A stretch of 64,000 nt of DNA from IMG/VR virus record IMGVR_UViG_3300042544_001590, positions 1 to 64,000 of that record. The stretch is one strand, 5' to 3'. The stretch's first letter is position 1. Each line of letters opens with the position of its first letter. Below are positions 44,401-57,900 of this stretch, in pieces. The position numbers and the translations under genes were made by a program. The notes under the pieces are model-generated. The model saw only the letters and a list, made by a program, of their open reading frames with translations. It made no database searches and was not told the origin of the DNA.

Positions 44401-47400
44401 TTGCACACACTGACTACAACATGAAGACATACAACAACGCGAAGGAACTCTGTTCAGACGATTACAACAACAATTTCTGGAGATTTGGTCGTTCCCTTTA
44501 CAAAATCACGGCATGTGGTCCGTGGAGTCGTTTGGTGCTGACCGAAGATCGCAACGTCTATTACGAATCCAAAGGTGCGAATGATCCAACCCTATTGGAC
44601 GATCCTGATATCATTGGCATTGAAATCGGCAGCATCGTGGAAGGCAGTGATGTGGAGATCGGGCCGGAATTTCTCAAGTTCCCATTCACCGATAAGGAAC
44701 TGTGGGACACGGTGGAGCAAATCAACGAGGAAGCATCCTTCTATTGGAAACGTGACAATGAGGATGATTTCTTAATTGAAATTGATGGCAATGAATACTA
44801 TGTGACTAGCGGATGGGGAATTGAATTTCCTGAAAACATTCCCGACACTGTGAAGACATTCTTTGAGAATTTCCAAGACGATATCATGGAGATTGAGGAT
44901 GGGGATAGCATTGAGATTCAGGATTACAAGGTGACGAAGCTGGACAAAAGTGATTTCATTTTTTAAAAACTAAAATACACTCCTACCATGACCTACACTG
45001 AACGCAAAAACGAATTGGAGCATCGCAACATTGAAAAGCTTTGCTTGAAATATCTCGGTTCTCCCTTGGTGATCGATCCTGATTACGAATTGGAAGCTGA
45101 ACCGCGAGCATACAAGACGGAAGATGATATGTTCTTCTTCGTCCCTCTGCTGGATTCTCCTGTGATGGCTAGGACTTTGTTGGGGGAACACCCGATTCCC
45201 GGACGCTACCACTACGCAATTGAAACCATTCAAGGGGATGGGGGATCGTATTGGGAACCACCTGACTATGATCAGGTGGAGATCGGGCGGGAGGATAGTC
45301 TGGAAAAAGCCATCGCGTTTGCCGCCCATTATCTTCTGGATATCAATCTGAATGGAGAAGGGGAAGGATCGTATTACAGCATGGAATCCACACTTGAAAA
45401 GGAATTCCCCTCGCATTGGAACGAATAAAAACTAGATCATAATAACACCATGGAAGAGAAAATCTACAAGCTAATTAAACATTACATCTTCAATCCTCAT
45501 GTCACCGCCGCAAGCGTTTCATTGGATTTGCTGAATCTGGTGGAATGCCAGAATGTTGAACTTATCCGTTCAATCATCCACGGGGTGGAAGGTTACGACA
45601 GTTACGACAAAGCGTTGAAGGAACTTGATCGTATGATTGAATGCTATAAAAAATAGGATACACTCACACCACATGGAAAATCAATACGAAAATAACTCAT
45701 CAGTAATATTAAAAGGCTTAACCCGTAAAGTGGATGATAATACCTATGAAGCGTTTGGTAAAAATGTCGCATCAATAACCACAAATCATGTTATGGTAAC
45801 TTTTAATTTACATAAAGTTCGACGGGAAAAGCTTTGTCATTTTAGGGGCAGTGCGATCTTAGATTCTTTTTAAAAACTAGAACACAATAACACCATGGCT
45901 AAACAATACTACATGTTCATTCCGCTGGATATCGACAAGAATAAGAAAACCCGATTCGTTGTTGAGACGGATGGAATTCCAACTGGTAATCTATTCTCTG
46001 GTAGGGTGGTTGCAAGGAACAAGAAAGCTTACTGGTATCTGGGAGACACTTCGGATCAATGGGCGAATCCCATTGCTGATATGAAGAACGGTAGCAAGCC
46101 ATCATTCCTTCCCATCAATTGGGATGAAGTGGATGAGAAATTTGACGAGCATTGCATTGAAGGGTAAAAACGAATTGACTTTTTTAAAAACTAGACTACA
46201 CTTTGGTCGTAACGAAAAACAACAACACACACTACTACAATGGCACACGAAATTGAAATTGGAACTGATCGGGTAATCACCTATGGCGCACGGGCATGGC
46301 ACTTGCTTGATGAAAATCACCAGACTCCTCTTACCAAAGAGATTCTGAATCCCCTGTTCATTCCCTATCTGGAAGGACAAGCTAACGTCAACATTGATGG
46401 TGTTGAAGTCCCGCTTGAAGGATGGAAAACCATTGTTGCGGATATCCGTAACATCGAGGACATTGAGGGGGATTTCCGTCCTGTTCATGTCGCATCCGAC
46501 AAGTATGAAATCCTTCAAAATGAATTGCTTTTTGATGCTCTTCAGGATGCTCTGGATAGTATCAATTACAAGATCGTATCGGCGGGAACTCTCTCTGGTC
46601 TGAAGAACTTCTTCGTATCCGTCGAATTTGATGGAGAGTCGAATATCAATCTTCCTGATGGAAGTGAGTGTAAGGCATTCTTCTCTCTCTTCACTTCCCA
46701 TGATGGCACGAAGAACGCGAACTATTATGATACAACGCATAGGACTGTGTGTGCAAACACGCTTCGCTCTTCCTTTGAAGCAAAGGGTAATCAGGGATTC
46801 CGTATCTCTCATACCAAGAACGCATCCATCCGTATCAGCAACATGGCGGAAATTGTTAATAACACTCTGCTTGGTCGTCGCCAATTTGAAGAGAAGATGG
46901 CGGAACTTTACAGCGTTGAATGTGATCTTTCCAAGGCGGAACGCTTCGTTGCGGGATACCTTGCTGACAAGACCAAAACCGAAGAGAAGCTTTCCACACG
47001 TTCTCTGAATCAGATGGCGGAAATCGTCTCTCTGGCATGGAACGGTAGCGGTAATCGTGGTGGGAACATGTTCTACCTTGCCCAAGGTGCAACGGAATTC
47101 TGGACTAGGGGTAATGGCACGGGCGGATCAAACAAAGACCTTGGACGTAAGGCATACTCCGCTGAATTCGGGCTGGGTATGGAGAACAAGAGAAACTTCG
47201 TATCCGCTCTTGTCAATCCTGTGGAGCGTGAGAAGCTTATCAAGCGGGGTGATCTGGTTCTTACTGCTGGATGATATCAAACAGCTTCCGATTAATCCCG
47301 CTCGGACGGGAAAAATGCTGAGACGGAAGGAACGGGAATAGCATTACGCCCGACCACTTTTAAAAACTAGATTAAGATTTGGATATGAAAAATATCTCTA

Positions 47401-50400
47401 AAAAGATACTAGCAGTGATTGAAATTGCGGAGCAAAATAATTATAGAGTATCTCATTGTCACGATTGTATTTTCATTACCAAAGGTAAGACGAATCGTTC
47501 AAGGGGAATTCAGGTTTGGGAGGATATGACAGCTACTAGATGTGATGTTGATCTATCATACACAAATAAACTGAAAACAAAAAAAGACATGTTGAAAGCT
47601 TTGGGTTTAGAGGAATAAAAACTAGATTAAGATTTGGACATGAAGACACAACAACAAATGTTCTACCAATCCCAAAGGAAAATCGCTGAACGATACCATG
47701 CCATTGATTGGATCGCAAAGCAGGACAACAAGCCAACACTGGAAGAGTTGGAAATCCTACGGAAAAAGAATCCAGCATGGAACTCGTATCCTGAAGCATT
47801 CGCCCTTAAAAACTAAACCATAATAACGCCATGACGACAATCACCACACAAATCTACTCCTACAAGGAACTCTCTCCCGAAGCGCAAGCAAGGGTGATTG
47901 CGAACAAGATCAAGCAAGCGGAGAACGATGAATGTCTTCTGGAATGGACTTCCCAAGAGATGCTGGATTCCCTGAAAGCAATCTGCGAAGCTTGTAACCT
48001 GCGATTGGTTGACTATTCCTTTGGAACTTATTGTCAGAATTGGAAGGTGAATGTCAATAACTGCGTGGTGAATGATCTGGAAGGCAATCTCGCGTTGGCA
48101 TGGTTTCTACGGGTTCTGATTGACAATGGCTATGCGCGTCCCAAACACTTCAAAGACATGCAATTTCCCGGTGTCTGTGGGTTCACGGGCGTATGCTTTG
48201 ATGATGATATTGTGGAATGCGTGTGGAAGGAACTGCTTGGAGGTAAGACTGTTCGCAAGGCATTTGATCAAGTTGCCAAGATGTTCTGTGATACTCTGGA
48301 GAACGAATACGCATATCTCACAAGCGCGGAAGCGATTCTGGATTATCTGGATCAATCGGAAGAGATTCACACCGAAGACGGGGAGGAATTTTAATATATG
48401 ATAACTGGAATTATTTTCGTTACAATGGTTTGGCTGATGATATCAGGGAATTTTCTATGGGGACTTGCTTTGCTGATAGCATATCTGTGGATACCGAATC
48501 TTGATTAAAAACTAGAGGATACTTACGACATGGCAAATACAATGGTAAATAAATTGAATCGGCTTTTAATCAAGGCTGAGACTGAGCTAAAGGAAGCTAA
48601 TGATATGATTCCTGAAGGCTATCAAATGGCAGCAAACACCTTACCAAAAAGAATCAAGTTGATGGTGGAAGGACTTCATACGTTCGCAGAAGATAGAAGA
48701 GAACTCCAAGAGGAAGTCTGGAGACTTGAAAGGGAGCTTGCTGATAAAAACTAGAACACACTCACGACATGAACAAAGAAATTGCAGAGATGCTTATTGA
48801 TTACGGGAACGACCTATCCCTTCACGAAAATTACAGCGGACGGGGAATGTATGGGAAAACCACAACCGCCATCACTGGTGATAGCATGAACGATCTTATG
48901 GCAGCAATCGGAGAACTTTTCTTTGAAATGGTTCTGGATGCCAAGGATATGGGAGAGGATTATGATACGACTGGCGCAAAGGATTTGAAAGACGTTCTTT
49001 TAAATCTCCAACAAGACAGCCTTGGAAGAGGATACATTTTTTACTGATAAAAACTAGACTACACTACACACATGAACAACACTACAAACATTCAGTCATT
49101 GACTGCTAACGAAATCCTTTCCAACTTTTTCAAAGGAAAGGGTCAATTCATGCGAGCGGCATGGAAGAGTAACCCAAAACCAGCGGCAGTACACAAGGAT
49201 GTTGTTCTGGAAAAGCGGACAACCACGATTGTTCGATCCGGTCTGGAATTCCAAAACCTTTCCAGTGTCAAGGTTGGGATTGAAGAGGGAACGCGGGGGG
49301 AAGTGCAAGAGCTTCCTTGGGGTTCGTGGGTTTTTTATCCATACCTTATCAAGCACAATGAGTCATACTATTGCAGATTGTATCCAACCGATTCGATTCC
49401 AACCGTGCGATATTTTGTCAATGGTGACGAGACTCCAAAAGATGTCTTCGCCACATATCTCACCCCATCGGAAGCTAAGAAATTGACAGGAGAAAAGGAA
49501 AAGCCTGAATGCTTCACGATCAAGATGGAAAACGTTCTTTCCACGGAAGAAGTGGTTAGTGGCGGAATTGAAGAAGGACAAAATGTTTCAATGTTTGCCA
49601 GTGGTGAAAATGTTGGCAAGAGCTTGATCTTTGATAAAAACTAATATAGACTCTCAATAACAACAAAAACAAAAAACAAACATGACAAACAAACTAAATT
49701 GTTGCGCCCATAACATCACTCGCCCAAATAAGCCCCGTGGTTGGGATTACAAGGGTGTAACAGCTACTTTAGATGCAAATCGCAAGGGCATTGCGCTTCT
49801 TCGCAAGCGTCAATTCTCTTGGACGCAAATCCACCAGTGCCTTCAACGGGTTGGTATTGATGTGGATTACAACAACCTGTATCAATGGCAACTGCGTAGG
49901 TTCCGTTGATTGACGCATTAAGCATAGCGGAAGCTCCCGCCCGATCCTGATAAACGGTAATCAGGAAACTTTAATAATATGAAAGATTACGAATTATATA
50001 CAGTGGAATGGGAATACGAAGATTCGCTTCCCAAATACTTATCTGATCTGGACTATGATCTGATGTGGCGCAGGAGTGAAATTCGGGACGGCGTTCGCAT
50101 GTTCCCCTATATCACGATCTATTCCAATGAGGATGGATCAAGCAAAAGGATTTACCTTTGCGCTTAAAAACTAGCCGATACTCCTACCATGACCGATACC
50201 AAACAACGAATCCACAAGACAATCCAACACTTCGCGGAAGTTGCCCGAATCAAGGGTTACGAATTCCCCAAATGTGTGATTGATTACTCTCTCAAGGGTG
50301 CTACCGCTGGACAGGCTTTCCGTAGAAGTCACAAGATGCGATTCAATCTCGCTCTTGCTGAAAGGCACATGGACGAATTCTTGTCCAGCACGGTTCCCCA

Positions 50401-53400
50401 TGAAATGGCACACATCCTTCAGTTCAAGCATTATCCCCATTCCAAGCCACATGGGAGGGAATGGGATCACTTTTGCCGTGTGCTTACGGGAGAAACCATG
50501 CCACGATGCCATAGCTACGATGTTACAGGCATTGAGAGGACACGCAAGGTCAAGAAATATCTTTTCGCTTGTGGATGCCGTCAACATACTGTATCCAAAA
50601 CGATTGTGAATCGGATCATGGAGGGAAAAACATACACTTGCACATGCTGTAAAGGTAAGATCAAAGCAGTATAAAAACTAGAACATACTCACAACATGAA
50701 GATCGTCAAACACACTCTGGAACATCTGCACAAGGGAACGGACATGCTTGACCTTCCCGAATATTTTCGGGGAACGGAAAAGCAATGCAAGGGAATGATG
50801 TTGCGCTTTGAATGGTGTAAGGATCAAAGCCTGTTCGGGGGATACTGGCGGGATGAGGATGGGGAATGCTACTATCTATTACCATGAAATTTAGAAAAGA
50901 ATCAACCAAAACAATCTCTTTGGAATCGTATGTCACTTTACGTGCTGAATGGTTGCCAATGCTACGGGATACCATTTGGATGGAATATAACGCAAGGGGA
51001 CATCGTGTGGTTGATGGTCACATGGAGTGGCAATACTTCCATGATGAGATCGAAGCAAAGAAGTGGAGTGAAGCAATTCATTCTTAAAAACTAAACCATA
51101 ATAAAGACATGCAAATCAAGAAATTTGGTTGGGATGTGAAAGTTGTTCGTTTGGAAACAAAGGATGAGGAAACCGTGAAATACAGCGCAAGCCATAATTT
51201 TCCGGTGACTGCTGAACACGTTAGGAAATCCCCATCTGTAAAAAGATTCATTGGGGATGATCTTCTGGTATCAATCACACCTTCCGACGATAAAAACTAA
51301 ACCATAATACGCACATATGGACACGGAAAATATCAAGCCCTATGAGGACATGACCGACGATGATCGTTGGCAAGCCATTGGTTCCGCCCGATACATTCTG
51401 GAGGATGTGAGTATGGAAAAGATGGCGGAAGTCTCAGGATTGCCCTTGGGGGTGATTTCGGCGGCATACAAGAACATCTTTCGCCATGTCAATGATAGGG
51501 AAGAACCGCGCCCAAAGAATCCAACAAGACCAAGACGCATTAAAAACTAGAACACAATTACGACATGCACATTACAATGTGGGAGAATTCATTTACCATG
51601 AATGACATTATTAAAAAACTTCATAAAGAAGGTGTTTCGGGTAGAATGGACTTCCGAAAAATTAAATTTATTATTTGTGATGGAATGGGGGAACCCTTTT
51701 TGAGAGTTGAATATCCCCAAGAAATTGGATTTGATGATGATTATTAAAAACTAGATTAGGATTTGGGTATGAAACAAAAGATCAATCACTGGTTTGCCAC
51801 CTATCGGGAAGATTACAGTATCGATGATATGGTTCAAGCAACCGAAAATTGTGCGATAGAACTTGGACATGATGAATGGTTGGATGATCCTGATCATATG
51901 GTATGGGAAATAGCTTGTGAATGGTTTGAATAATATGGAAAAGGAAATTATATATATCAAATACGATTACTTTGATCGAGATAGCATTCAGGATTTTCTA
52001 TATGAAATAGAAAATATGTTTTCCAAGTATCCTTGGGGTGGTGGATTCCGAGTTGAAAATTTTCGATGTGATCAATCATATTTCTATTGTGATGCCGTGT
52101 CTGAAATTTACACCCATGATGATTTTGGGACTGCAAGACAAACATTTTCCTATATGCAAGGCATGATCTCTGGATACTTACTAGCCAAGGGAATTGAAAT
52201 ACTTTAAAAACTAGAACACAATCACACCATGACAAAGAACCAAGAAACAATCGCCAAGGCATTCCGTCACAATACAGGCAAGTCTTTCCTAGACTCTGGA
52301 GACTTCTACGGAAGGCATTATGACAAGCCGCCAATCTCCGATGAGCAACCGCTTATCAAGGTGCATGTTTATGGCAACGAGCCAAGCGCAACCATTGAAA
52401 CCGCTCTTTTCCTTGCCGAAACTTGTGAAGTGGATTTTAACATTCAAGATCAATTTGAGGCATGGGCGGCTCTGGAAGAGAACTCTGAACTCTCATGGTT
52501 TGAAGCGGGGGAAACATTTGCAACCGAAGTGCTGGGTCTGACTCAGCTTGCAAGGGATAATACATATAACAATGAGAATGACTTATCTCAGGACTATGTG
52601 TGGGAAGTATATGCAGAAGAGGATTGTGGGGATTGGTTTTATCAAGATGATGCTCTGATGGTATGCTATGCCCATACGGGATGTGATGTGCGGGGAGGAT
52701 ATGCTTATCCTCTGTTCATGCGATGCCAAGGTGATTATGTAATCCCTATGGATATTGTGGTGGAATGGCGTATCTCCGAAGGGACAAGGGATGGGGAGGA
52801 ACTTAGCCAAGAGGAATGCCAAGAGCTTGATGAGCAATGGTCAATTGGTTATACTTCCAATCCTACCTATCAATTCTCCAAGGATATTGAGAAAGTCATT
52901 GAGGATTCGACAACCGTTGACAGTGTGGAAGTTAAGTTGAAAAGCGGAGAGATTGTCAAGGTCTGGGCGAGCGCAAGGACTGACTGGTAATTTAAAAACT
53001 AAACGATAATACGACCATGGGATGCGACACTAGAGGATATGTAGTTACCGACAACATTGATGTTCGGGAAATTGGTAAGCGAGTGCTTGCCGTAGTAAGA
53101 ACGATTCAGGGGGAAGCTACAAGCACATTCGTAAAGAATGATAATGTATTTGTAAAACCTGAATATGATCCTGATTGGAACTTCTATATATTCCGTTTCA
53201 AGGATGGGGTTGACCAACGGCTAATGTTTGTCCATGTTGATACCGAAGATTTTGAGGAATGCCACGGGGAACTTGGCAAGCGGGGAATCATTTTCTCTCT
53301 GGGAATGTGGGGGAATAGCGTGGAACTGATTCAGAAATTTCTGGATGCTTTTCAGGACATGGGAGCTTGCTACATCCAAGAAAACGATTGTGGGGATGCT

Positions 53401-56400
53401 CCAGCGGTATATAAAAACTAGCACATACTCCTACCATGAACAAGATACCAAGGGAAGAGATTGAAAAGCTTGCCAATCGCGCAAAGGTGAATGAAACCGC
53501 TGTGTGGAACTTTCTGGGAACCGCGCACTTTTGCGGAAGCATTCCCAATGCCCTGATGAATCTGGACATGGATGCCCGATTGTATGGGTGGAACAAGGAA
53601 ACCACACAAGCGATTCGGGATGGGTTGCTGATAAAAACTAAACCATAATTAAGCCATGAAAAACGATATCATCATTAAAAAATTTGGAAAATACACCGTC
53701 ACCTTAGAATTATTTGAGGAAGATGGTGAGCAACGATCATATTGCGACATTGAGAGCAATGCGGGGGGAGCATCTTCCCTTGGTTTTGCATTGGATATGG
53801 GATTTCTTAAGAAAGATAACGAGGAAGAGGAGAATATTTCCGAAAATATTCTTTCTCAGATTGAAAATTGGGCATTGAAGAACGGATACTAACCATTTAA
53901 AAACTAAACCACCATCATACCATGACAATTGAAACCGTGGGAATTGAAGAGATTGACGGGGAGAAATACCACATTGGAACTCCCGTGGAACATCTGACAA
54001 TCAAGGAAGCCAAAGCATGGATCAAGGAACATATGTTTGACCGTGATTATTGGGACTACAAGGCGGAACGCAAGGGATTCTTTCGGGAAGTCCAGTTCAT
54101 CCATATCCTGAAAAACGGGGAAGTCCATACGGAATACGAAACCAATTTTGTTTAAAAACTAGACCACAATACGGACATGAAAGCAACAATCGATCCCAAG
54201 GAAGTGACAGTGAGACATAGCATCATGGAGGATGTGGGGAGGGAATTCCTAACCGTGGATTGTCCCGAAGGGTGGGATGATGTGAAGAAGCTTGTGAAAA
54301 AGGTTCTCACGTTTGATGGGCGGAAATTCGCTTACACGGGATGGAATAGCGATAGGAATGAAGCTTTCTTCGCTCGCCCTCTGAATGGGGTGGAGATGGT
54401 GGCGAGGATTTCATAAAAACTAAAACATAATCACACTATGAACGAAATTCAAAAACGATTGGAATATCTTCGCGGGGAGATTGAAGCGGAATGTATCAGT
54501 TACGAAGAAATAGTGGAACTGGAAAGCCTGAAAGAGTATATCAGTCCCGATGATGTTGTGCTTCTGGAATGGGCTGGAGTTGCCGAATAAAAACTAAATT
54601 AATATTAACGCATATGGGAGCCGGATGTTATTACACACACAAATGCAATCGCCAAAAAGCTTGCTGGATTGACTTTAACCATTCCGATAATGAGGGATAC
54701 GAGGAAGATGATTACGATCTTATGCTGATGTGGGAAGAGGATATCATCGACAATATTGAATATCTGCTTTCCAAAATTGGTTATCGCAATATGCAAAACG
54801 GTCTTTGCAAGGTTGAGCTTGTGCCGAAATATTATGGGGATGGTTTGATCATTGACATATCTCCTGCAATGGAGGAATGGGAACCGTCTTACAATCTCTT
54901 TCTGGCCAATTTTGACCGTATGGAGAAAAACATCCTGCGATGCTTGCACAAGGCGGGATTTGAGCTAAGGATTGCCACAAGTGGATACACCGCTTGCCAA
55001 TACATTCCCAAGGGATGTGATAAAAACTAAAGAATACTTCAAATATGAAACACAAAGCTGGTCTGTATCGGTTTGAGAGAAGCCCTGACTTGTTCGCCGC
55101 TATCAAGGGATGCCAAGGGGATACTCTGGAAATCCGTTTGACGGAAAAGGAAGCCAACACCCTATTACAGAATCAGCTATTCAAAGGCTGGGATTTGTGG
55201 GATGGACATATTTGGGAGAATAAAAACTAGGATAAGCTTTGATCATGCAACAATACGAAAACATTAAGAATGGTTTGGAAAAGATGATTCAAGACATTGC
55301 CAAAAAAGAAAAAGGTAATCTCACGCTTGAATCCAAGTTGCATCTTAAAAAGGTGAAAAAGGAACTTGTGGAAATGCGTAGGCAACTGATTCTTTTACAT
55401 TTTGATATGGAGGATATTTATGCGATTCCATGCTGAATATTACCGTGATGGGTGGAAATGTGGGGATGGATGTTGCTCCGATAGCTGGGTGAACTGTGAC
55501 ATATCCAAGGATGGGAAGTTATGGCTATCCAAAGATGAATTGAGACATATCCATGGTGAAGAGGATGCCAAGAAAGATGTGGAAGAAATCATCGAAACGT
55601 GGTTTGATTTGAAAAGGGGGGAATATGAATTGGAACTGGATTGTAACATTTAAAAACTAAACGATAATCAAACCATGTCATACTACAAAGACAAACTCGA
55701 CAAACTTACGGAGGACGAGCGGGATGCCCTGCTGGAATTCCTTGAGAACATCACGGAGGGCGATATCCTGATCATTGCCAACGAAATGCAGATGGATCAT
55801 GCCGACAAGCGAAAGCTTTGCCGTGCATTGGAGAACTTCCAAGACGCATAAAAACTAAACCATAATTACACCATGAACAAATACCGGATCACTTACAAGG
55901 ACTGTGGCGAAATCATCACGGAATATCGCAAGGGGGATGATGTATTTGAAGTGCGGGATTGGTTCTGGGACAGCATTGAATCATGGCAAGGCGACACTTA
56001 CGGAATTGAACTGATCCAAATCACACGGGTTAAAAACTAGCATACACTGATACCATGACAATGAACGAAAAAGCGAAGGTTGCCAAAGGAATTCTGAAAG
56101 TTCTGGAGCAAAGGGGGAGGGATTGGGATGAGGAAAGATGGAATTCCTTCATGTTGGGAAGTCTGGAAGTCCTTTTTGAACACGTTTTCACCTTGCTGCC
56201 GGATGATGAGGTGGAATATTGGCAAGGGAAATACGATCTTAAAAACTAAACGATAATAAACATATGAAAGCAACAAGAAAAGAAGCTGTGGTGGAAGTGG
56301 TGGAACCCACCAAGATTGTTCTGGAACTAACGGAATTGGAAGCGAACACGCTGGGAGCAATCCTTGGAAATATCAATCGGGATATGGTTAAGGAATTCGT

Positions 56401-57598
56401 GAAAATTCATGATAAGCTGATTTTCCGAGTGGGGGTGGAAGAGGTTCATAGTCGATTCCAATTTGATCTTTACGATGCCCTGTGCCGAGCTTGCAACCCT
56501 TAAAAACTAGACCATAATTACGCCATGACCTACCAAGAGAAAGACAATATCCGGGAAGCAATCGAGTGGGATGGTTTCCAATGCATCATGCTGGGAACCG
56601 TATCCAAAGCGGGTATCCAAAGGCGCATGGATGGGAGCTTGGTGAGCGTATCAAATCCAAGGCAACCGGATACCAAGAGACTGGAAACCTTTGCCATCAC
56701 CGGACAATGGTTGTTTAAAAACTAAAACATAATAAGACCATGACGAAACACAAGCTGCCAACGATCAAGGAAATTGCAAAGCTTCTCATGCATTGCAAAA
56801 AATATATCCATGTTGATTCCCGTGCCTTTGACGACGACGATACGCCTTCCATGCAAATCACAATTGGAATCAACACGGAAAGCGGGGAATGGGGATATCA
56901 AACGGGGGACAATAGCTTCACGGGGGGAGCATATCTTTATCCAACGTGGGGAGTGGGATATCTCTTTCGGAATTCCAATTGTCGGGAAGTTGCCAAGGAA
57001 ATTCTGGCGGATGCCGAAAGCTGCCTGTATTAAAAACTAAACCATAATAAAGCCATGCCTTACTTACTACTGATTGAATGGGGAAATTGTGATAAGACTT
57101 ACGAATCTTTCCAATTCTTAAAAGATGCTAAACACGCCTTTGAATCCCATAAACATGAGGAGAATGTGGAATTTATGGAATTGGTGATCATTGGGGAGAA
57201 TGTGGAAAGCTGGTCAAATCCCGATTGTTCCCCTGAATCAGACTTTTAAAAACTAAACCATAATAAAGCCATGACAAACGAACAAATCGAATTTTCCCGA
57301 AGGAACGGAATTTGAATGTTTCTGATAAAAACTAGATTAAGATTTAACCATGACCTACAAAGCAATCTCAAATCCCCTGTGGAAGCTCAAGGATGAATTT
57401 GCCCATCTACTGCTTCCCAAGCACGTTTCCTTTCATGGTGCAATGCCTTCCCCTGCGGAAGCTTATGAAGTGATTCACAAGCCATCCATGGAAATCAATG
57501 ATCGGGGAAGAATCACCTATTCCAATTACTTCTACGGGAAGATTCTGGAAACGATGGAGGAAGCCCAAGCGGTGGCGGAAAAGCTGAATAACCGATAA
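41424..57598 (+). CDS. Array of roughly 60 small hypothetical genes, most with their own module (named members listed separately)
   Basis: ATG 24 nt after module T (e.g. 44988, 47831, 49072, 52229, 53017, 56740, 57350); stops usually in the next module. Confidence 0.75.
41939..42193 (+). CDS. Small Cys/His-rich repeat protein
   Basis: Three repeats of CxxC...G.GC..SP...H.(H). Confidence 0.7.
   Translation: MSQCRYCQSQSYGLGCPASPWGRHEHFNNEKKCEFCGGTGYGSGCTLSPVKKHRHGSGKNKCRWCGNTAMGMGCIHSPSGFHEK
43689..43761 (+). ncRNA. Structured RNA or 5' leader starting at module +1
   Basis: GTTCTCTC/GAGAGGAC closing AGGGG/CCCCT and TCTCC/GGAGA helices. Confidence 0.5.
46240..47274 (+). CDS. DUF932-family protein
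   Basis: MAHEIE..AWH, YEILQN, SAGTL, TSHDG, RTVCANTL, HTKN. Confidence 0.85.
   Translation: MAHEIEIGTDRVITYGARAWHLLDENHQTPLTKEILNPLFIPYLEGQANVNIDGVEVPLEGWKTIVADIRNIEDIEGDFRPVHVASDKYEILQNELLFDALQDALDSINYKIVSAGTLSGLKNFFVSVEFDGESNINLPDGSECKAFFSLFTSHDGTKNANYYDTTHRTVCANTLRSSFEAKGNQGFRISHTKNASIRISNMAEIVNNTLLGRRQFEEKMAELYSVECDLSKAERFVAGYLADKTKTEEKLSTRSLNQMAEIVSLAWNGSGNRGGNMFYLAQGATEFWTRGNGTGGSNKDLGRKAYSAEFGLGMENKRNFVSALVNPVEREKLIKRGDLVLTAG
47285..47356 (+). ncRNA. Compact pseudoknotted element ending in ACCA
   Basis: CTTCCG/CGGAAG, TCCCG/CGGGA, AATGCT/AGCATT, CGGG/CCCG, then ACCA and a T run. Confidence 0.45.
50189..50674 (+). CDS. SprT-like zinc metalloprotease
   Basis: TAGQA, TVPHEMAH, PHGREW, C-terminal CGC...CTCC. 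Confidence 0.85.
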   Translation: MTDTKQRIHKTIQHFAEVARIKGYEFPKCVIDYSLKGATAGQAFRRSHKMRFNLALAERHMDEFLSSTVPHEMAHILQFKHYPHSKPHGREWDHFCRVLTGETMPRCHSYDVTGIERTRKVKKYLFACGCRQHTVSKTIVNRIMEGKTYTCTCCKGKIKAV

Positions 57599-57619
57599 AA
57601 ACTAGCGCACAATCATAGC

Positions 57620-57688
57620 ATGAACGAAACAATGACCGAAGCGGATATCCAAGACATGATTGACTATCACAACGGGATCGTTAAATGA
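57620..57688 (+). CDS. 22-aa peptide MNETMTEADIQDMIDYHNGIVK
   Basis: ATG at module +1; paralog at 58993 differs synonymously. Confidence 0.55.
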   Translation: MNETMTEADIQDMIDYHNGIVK

Positions 57689-57694
57689 TACTTT

Positions 57695-57769
57695 GGTGCG
57701 GTAGTCCAGCGGCAGGAGACAAATGACTTAAAATCATTACAGGGTCGGTTCGAATCCGACTCGCCACTC
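57695..57769 (+). tRNA. tRNA-Leu(UAA), short variable loop, defective acceptor (possible pseudo-tRNA)
   Basis: AATGA-CTTAAAA-TCATT, GTCGG-TTCGAAT-CCGAC; acceptor needs a bulge; no CCA. Confidence 0.65.
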
Positions 57770-57790
57770 TTTATAAAACTAAATGAAAAT

Positions 57791-57868
57791 TGTCCGGTAG
57801 CTCAAAGCGGTGAGAGCACTTGCCTTATAAGTGAGAGGTTGCGGGATCGACACCCGCCCGGACTACCA
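57791..57868 (+). tRNA. tRNA-Ile(UAU)
   Basis: Cloverleaf, loop CTTATAA, encoded CCA, T-loop ATCGACA, U1-U72 mismatch. Confidence 0.85.
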
Positions 57869-57900
57869 TTTTTTAAAAACTAAAATAAGATAACACCACG

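Noticed and set aside
46102-47085. Long minus-strand ORFs (also 39791-40456, 57990-58520, 58109-58585 and many short ones)
   Set aside because: Antisense shadows of well-supported + strand genes or of a low-complexity repeat
49925-49970. Two small hairpins (GCGG/CCGC, TCCTGAT/ATCAGGA); also hairpins at 62452-62478 and 63853-63878
   Set aside because: Compatible with ordinary terminators or stabilisers; too little to claim more
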